Positions 60,395 to 63,885 of a stretch of DNA of 63,885 nucleotides are shown one piece after another. Both the position numbers and the translations under genes were made by a program. Each line of letters starts with the position of its first letter. Within the stretch, counting starts at the first letter, position 1. A model generated the notes under the pieces. The model had not been told where the DNA came from. It ran no database searches and saw only the letters and a list, made by a program, of their open reading frames with translations. The DNA is from Octopus bimaculoides (lineage: Eukaryota), in assembly GCF_001194135.2 (NCBI RefSeq), contig NC_068987.1:34180393-34244277 (forward strand), read 5' to 3'.

Positions 60395-62235
60395 CCTTTA
60401 ATGGCAGTAGTTTAACTTGGCTTGATGTACCTTTGCATGTCGTTTAAGTTCTCTTGCTGAATCACACTCCCTTCCACATCCCTGACAGATATGATTGGTA
60501 TGGTGTGTAGCATCAGTACCAGCGGCCTGGTAGTCAATCATCGGTCTCACTTTATGACTACGAAGATGTCTCTTGAGTTCAGCTTTACTGAGGCAAAGGC
60601 AAGGTTTTGCACAGAAACTGCATGTCTGCGCCATACGAATACCCTTACCATCTGGAAGTGCAACAGCGATGCCCTTCCTGATATCTTTCCCCACTTTTTC
60701 ATGCTCAACTCAAGTTTCTCAAAAGTGACCCACCCTCATGCACAATCCTTCTCCACATGCTACGGTCAATAGCTATGCTCTCCCCTGTGTGAGGAGAGAT
60801 GCTATCATCTCTCAAGGAAGCCTTCAGCAATGTATACAATCTTCATAGCTCTTTCTTTTTGTTTTTTTTGGTTTATGTGGAGGTCGCTCTCCTTTAGCTA
60901 ACTCTCCATAGAGGAGTTGTTTTGGCATCCTTGAAACCTTCATCCTAACCGGATGACCACTCCACCTGAGCTTTTACTTCAACACAGGAGATTTTATAGT
61001 TACACACCGAGTGCTTTCCAATGTCTCAAGATCACTAACGCAGTTCTCCCTCCGTTTGAGGTATATCTGATATAAACGTTCCAGTTGTTTAAGCTGGTAT
61101 CTTTATATGAACCTGGTCTCGCACGCATAAAGAAGAGGCGAGATCACAAACGCCTTATAGACCTTTATCTTTGTCTTCCTGTATATGTCTCGCCCATTCA
61201 AGAGGCGCCTTTCTAGCATTCCTAATTCTGTATAGAATTTCAATATCCAAATTGCTATATCAATTAACAGTGCTTCATAAGTAGACAAACTAATCAACTG
61301 CATCAAGTCGTTTACCATACACATAGATATTTGGTTCACTATACTGCTTACCAGGGGCAGGATGTAACATGCAAACAGTTTTCTTGAGACTGATTGCCAA
61401 TCCTAACGCAGTGCAATCATCAGAGCATGCATTCAAAATGTGTTGCATATCAATCTCTCGGTGCGCTACTAGATCACAATCATCTGCATACAAAAGTTCT
61501 CTTATGAAAGAGGTAAATACCCTTGTTTTTGCAGCAACGTGCCGGAGTTTCGATAATGGATGTAAACACCAGATCTGCAATGTTGAACGCAATAGAGAAA
61601 ACCATCGCAATATATATGGCAAATAGGGTCGGTGCCAGAATATACCCCTGTTTCACTCCACTTTGTAATGAGATGGGCTCCGACATTTTACCTCTAGCAT
61701 TAACCCTACCCTTCATGTCTTCATGAAAAGACCTAACCAAAGCAAGGAACCTTGTATCATTGGAATCCGCCGCCGCCCGCATCTCATCGGCCTTCTTACA
61801 CTACCACGTATCCCTCATCTGAGAGAGCCTCCGCCTCACACGTGATTTCACATTCTTGAGTTCCCTGTGTAACTCCGGTGGATTTGCTGACAAATAGTGT
61901 GGCAAAGGATGTCTACTGTCAGCGAATAAATCATCTGTATATTATCATTTTTTTAAAACAATCTTGATGCTTTCTTTGTGTCAATCTCAGAACGTTCCTG
62001 CCTATATCAAAAACTGGCTTTTAAAGGGCCAGCCAATCTTCTCAAATATCTGCAACAATCATTTCCTCTCCTAAAGTTCTATCTACACTTGTACAACAAA
62101 CACGAGCAAAATTCAGTCGGTTACACAGAGTAATACCTGCAGCCCGGATTTTACGTTTTGGGATTAATTTCACTTTTGCACATACCAAACGGTGGTCAAT
62201 CCAACACTCAACCCAACGAAGAACACGAACACATT
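60395..62235 (-). mobile_element. RTE (BovB-like) LINE relic: APE end, RT, two C-terminal C2H2 fingers
   Basis: ECWIDHRLVCAK (APE); SGVKQGYILAPTLF and RELLYADDCDL (RT); TKIKVYKAFVISPLLYACET; CSFC..LSKAELKRHLRSH and CQGCGRECDSARELKRHAKVH. Confidence 0.9.
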
Positions 62236-63214
62236 GCACATACATACATACATACATACATGCTTAGATATTTACACCCAGACACACACACACACACATA
62301 CACACACACACACACACAGACACACACACACACATATATATATATATGTAAACATTATGTTAATAATCCATTATATTATCCTGTATTCCAAATATGGTCC
62401 ATGCACTCAGATAATATAGAATAATGGAATCCTATATTGATAAGCATTTATAGATAACTCTTCTGCTCCTCAGATAAATCAAATGTGAAATTTGTATAAT
62501 TTAAAGAATAGTAGTATTTTTTTTAAATTTATGAAGTAATATGGGAAAATGTTGTTTGTTTGAAATATAAATTGAAATTTACAGCTTTTGATTTTGGTAA
62601 GTAGACTTTAGTATGAGAATCTTGAAATTCATATATGCTTCCTTGGTAATTCCTCTGAAGTAATCCATAATAATTATGTATAAAATCCATTACATTTTCC
62701 TGTATATCAAATACGGTTCATATAAATAATATGATCTTATATTATTTAAGTCTATGAACCATATTATGGTTCAATGTCTTAACTATACACTGACAGTCAA
62801 ATACACACTTATACACAATGTGATGTTGTCGTTGTCATCATGGTACAGAATGAACTATATTTGACTATAGGAAGATTATCTTTATAAAACGATATATTGT
62901 TTTATTGTGTCACTCTTGGAGTTTGATTTGATTTGGTGGAGTTGTGTGAGAATGCATTAGGAATAGACAGATACAGAGATAAAAAAAATGTTATATATAC
63001 AGATTAAGCACATCTATTAAATGTAAATTTAATGGTTAATATGTAATGGTAAATATAATGCAACCTTGCAACTGCTGCGATAATTATTAACTAGTAATTG
63101 AAAGGTACATCTGTAAAATAGGATGATATTTGTGTTAACACTGAGATCAAACGTGAAACAATAAAAGGCACGTCGATTACATCAACCCCAGCACTTAATC
63201 CATATCGATTTTAT

Positions 63215-63630
63215 CGAAGGCGGTGAGCTGGCAGAAACGTTATACCCCGGTCGAAATGCTTAGCCGTATTTCGTCTGCCACTACGTTCTGAGTTCAAATT
63301 GCACCGAGGTTGACTTTGCCCTTCATCCTTTCGGGGTCGATTAAACTGGGTTCGATATAATCGACTTAATCCGTTTTTCTGTCCTTGTTTGTCCCCTCTG
63401 TGTGTAGCCCTTTGTGGGGAGATAAGAAATAAGAAACGTTAGTACGCTGGGCAACATGCTTAGCGGAATTTCGTCTGTCTTTACGTTGTGAGTTTAAATT
63501 CCGCCCATGTCGACTTTGCCTTTCGTTCTTTTGGGGTTGATAAATTAAATATCAGTTGCGTATGGGGACGATCTAATCGACTGGCTCTCTCCCCCAAAAT
63601 GTTGTGCCTTGTGCCTCGAGTAGAAAAGAA
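63215..63630 (+). mobile_element. Two tandem SINE-F2 copies (about 63215-63430 and 63435-63630)
   Basis: Both align to 27413-27633 and 48909-49070. Confidence 0.85.
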
Positions 63631-63885
63631 TGCTATATCGCATTACAATATACATCATATTTTTTCCCCATTTGACACGTAATACCGAACCAGTGTGAAA
63701 TATTGCTCTGGACACGCATTAGGCAAGAATTTGAAAAGTATTTTGGCCCATGACGCTCGATCAGCCTTTAGTAATACATGTGTAAAATTTGAATGAAATT
63801 AATTGGGTAGTTCTCGAGTTTTAGGGATTGACACGTACAGACAGTTGGGGGGACGCACATTCTCAGTTTAATATATATATATATA

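Overview
Eukaryotic, AT-rich scaffold with about 15 N gaps (roughly 6 kb in total), nearly all flanked by (TA)n, (CA)n, (GA)n or (AAT)n microsatellites. The repeat repertoire resembles an octopus/coleoid cephalopod genome; this is an inference from recalled repeat families, not a database match. No intact protein-coding gene is supported. The long ORFs in the track are microsatellite or N read-through, or transposon relics. The window is a transposon graveyard: several R4/Dong REL-LINE copies, most of them abutting (AAT)n tracts, RTE and CR1 LINE fragments, a Ty3/Gypsy pol relic, mariner/Tc1 elements, tRNA-derived SINEs and a Penelope-like (GIY-YIG) relic. The most notable signal is about ten full or partial minimal type I hammerhead ribozyme (HHR) motifs in at least three or four non-coding repeat families, most arranged as head-to-head fold-backs. 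Two loci (46.2 kb and 52.4 kb) are diverged relatives. They keep an identical 15-nt box exactly 117 nt upstream of the core and show compensatory changes in helix I and in a palindromic helix III. Another family couples a tRNA-like Pol III head to an HHR. Ribozyme activity and mobilisation by Penelope-like elements are inferences that need testing.
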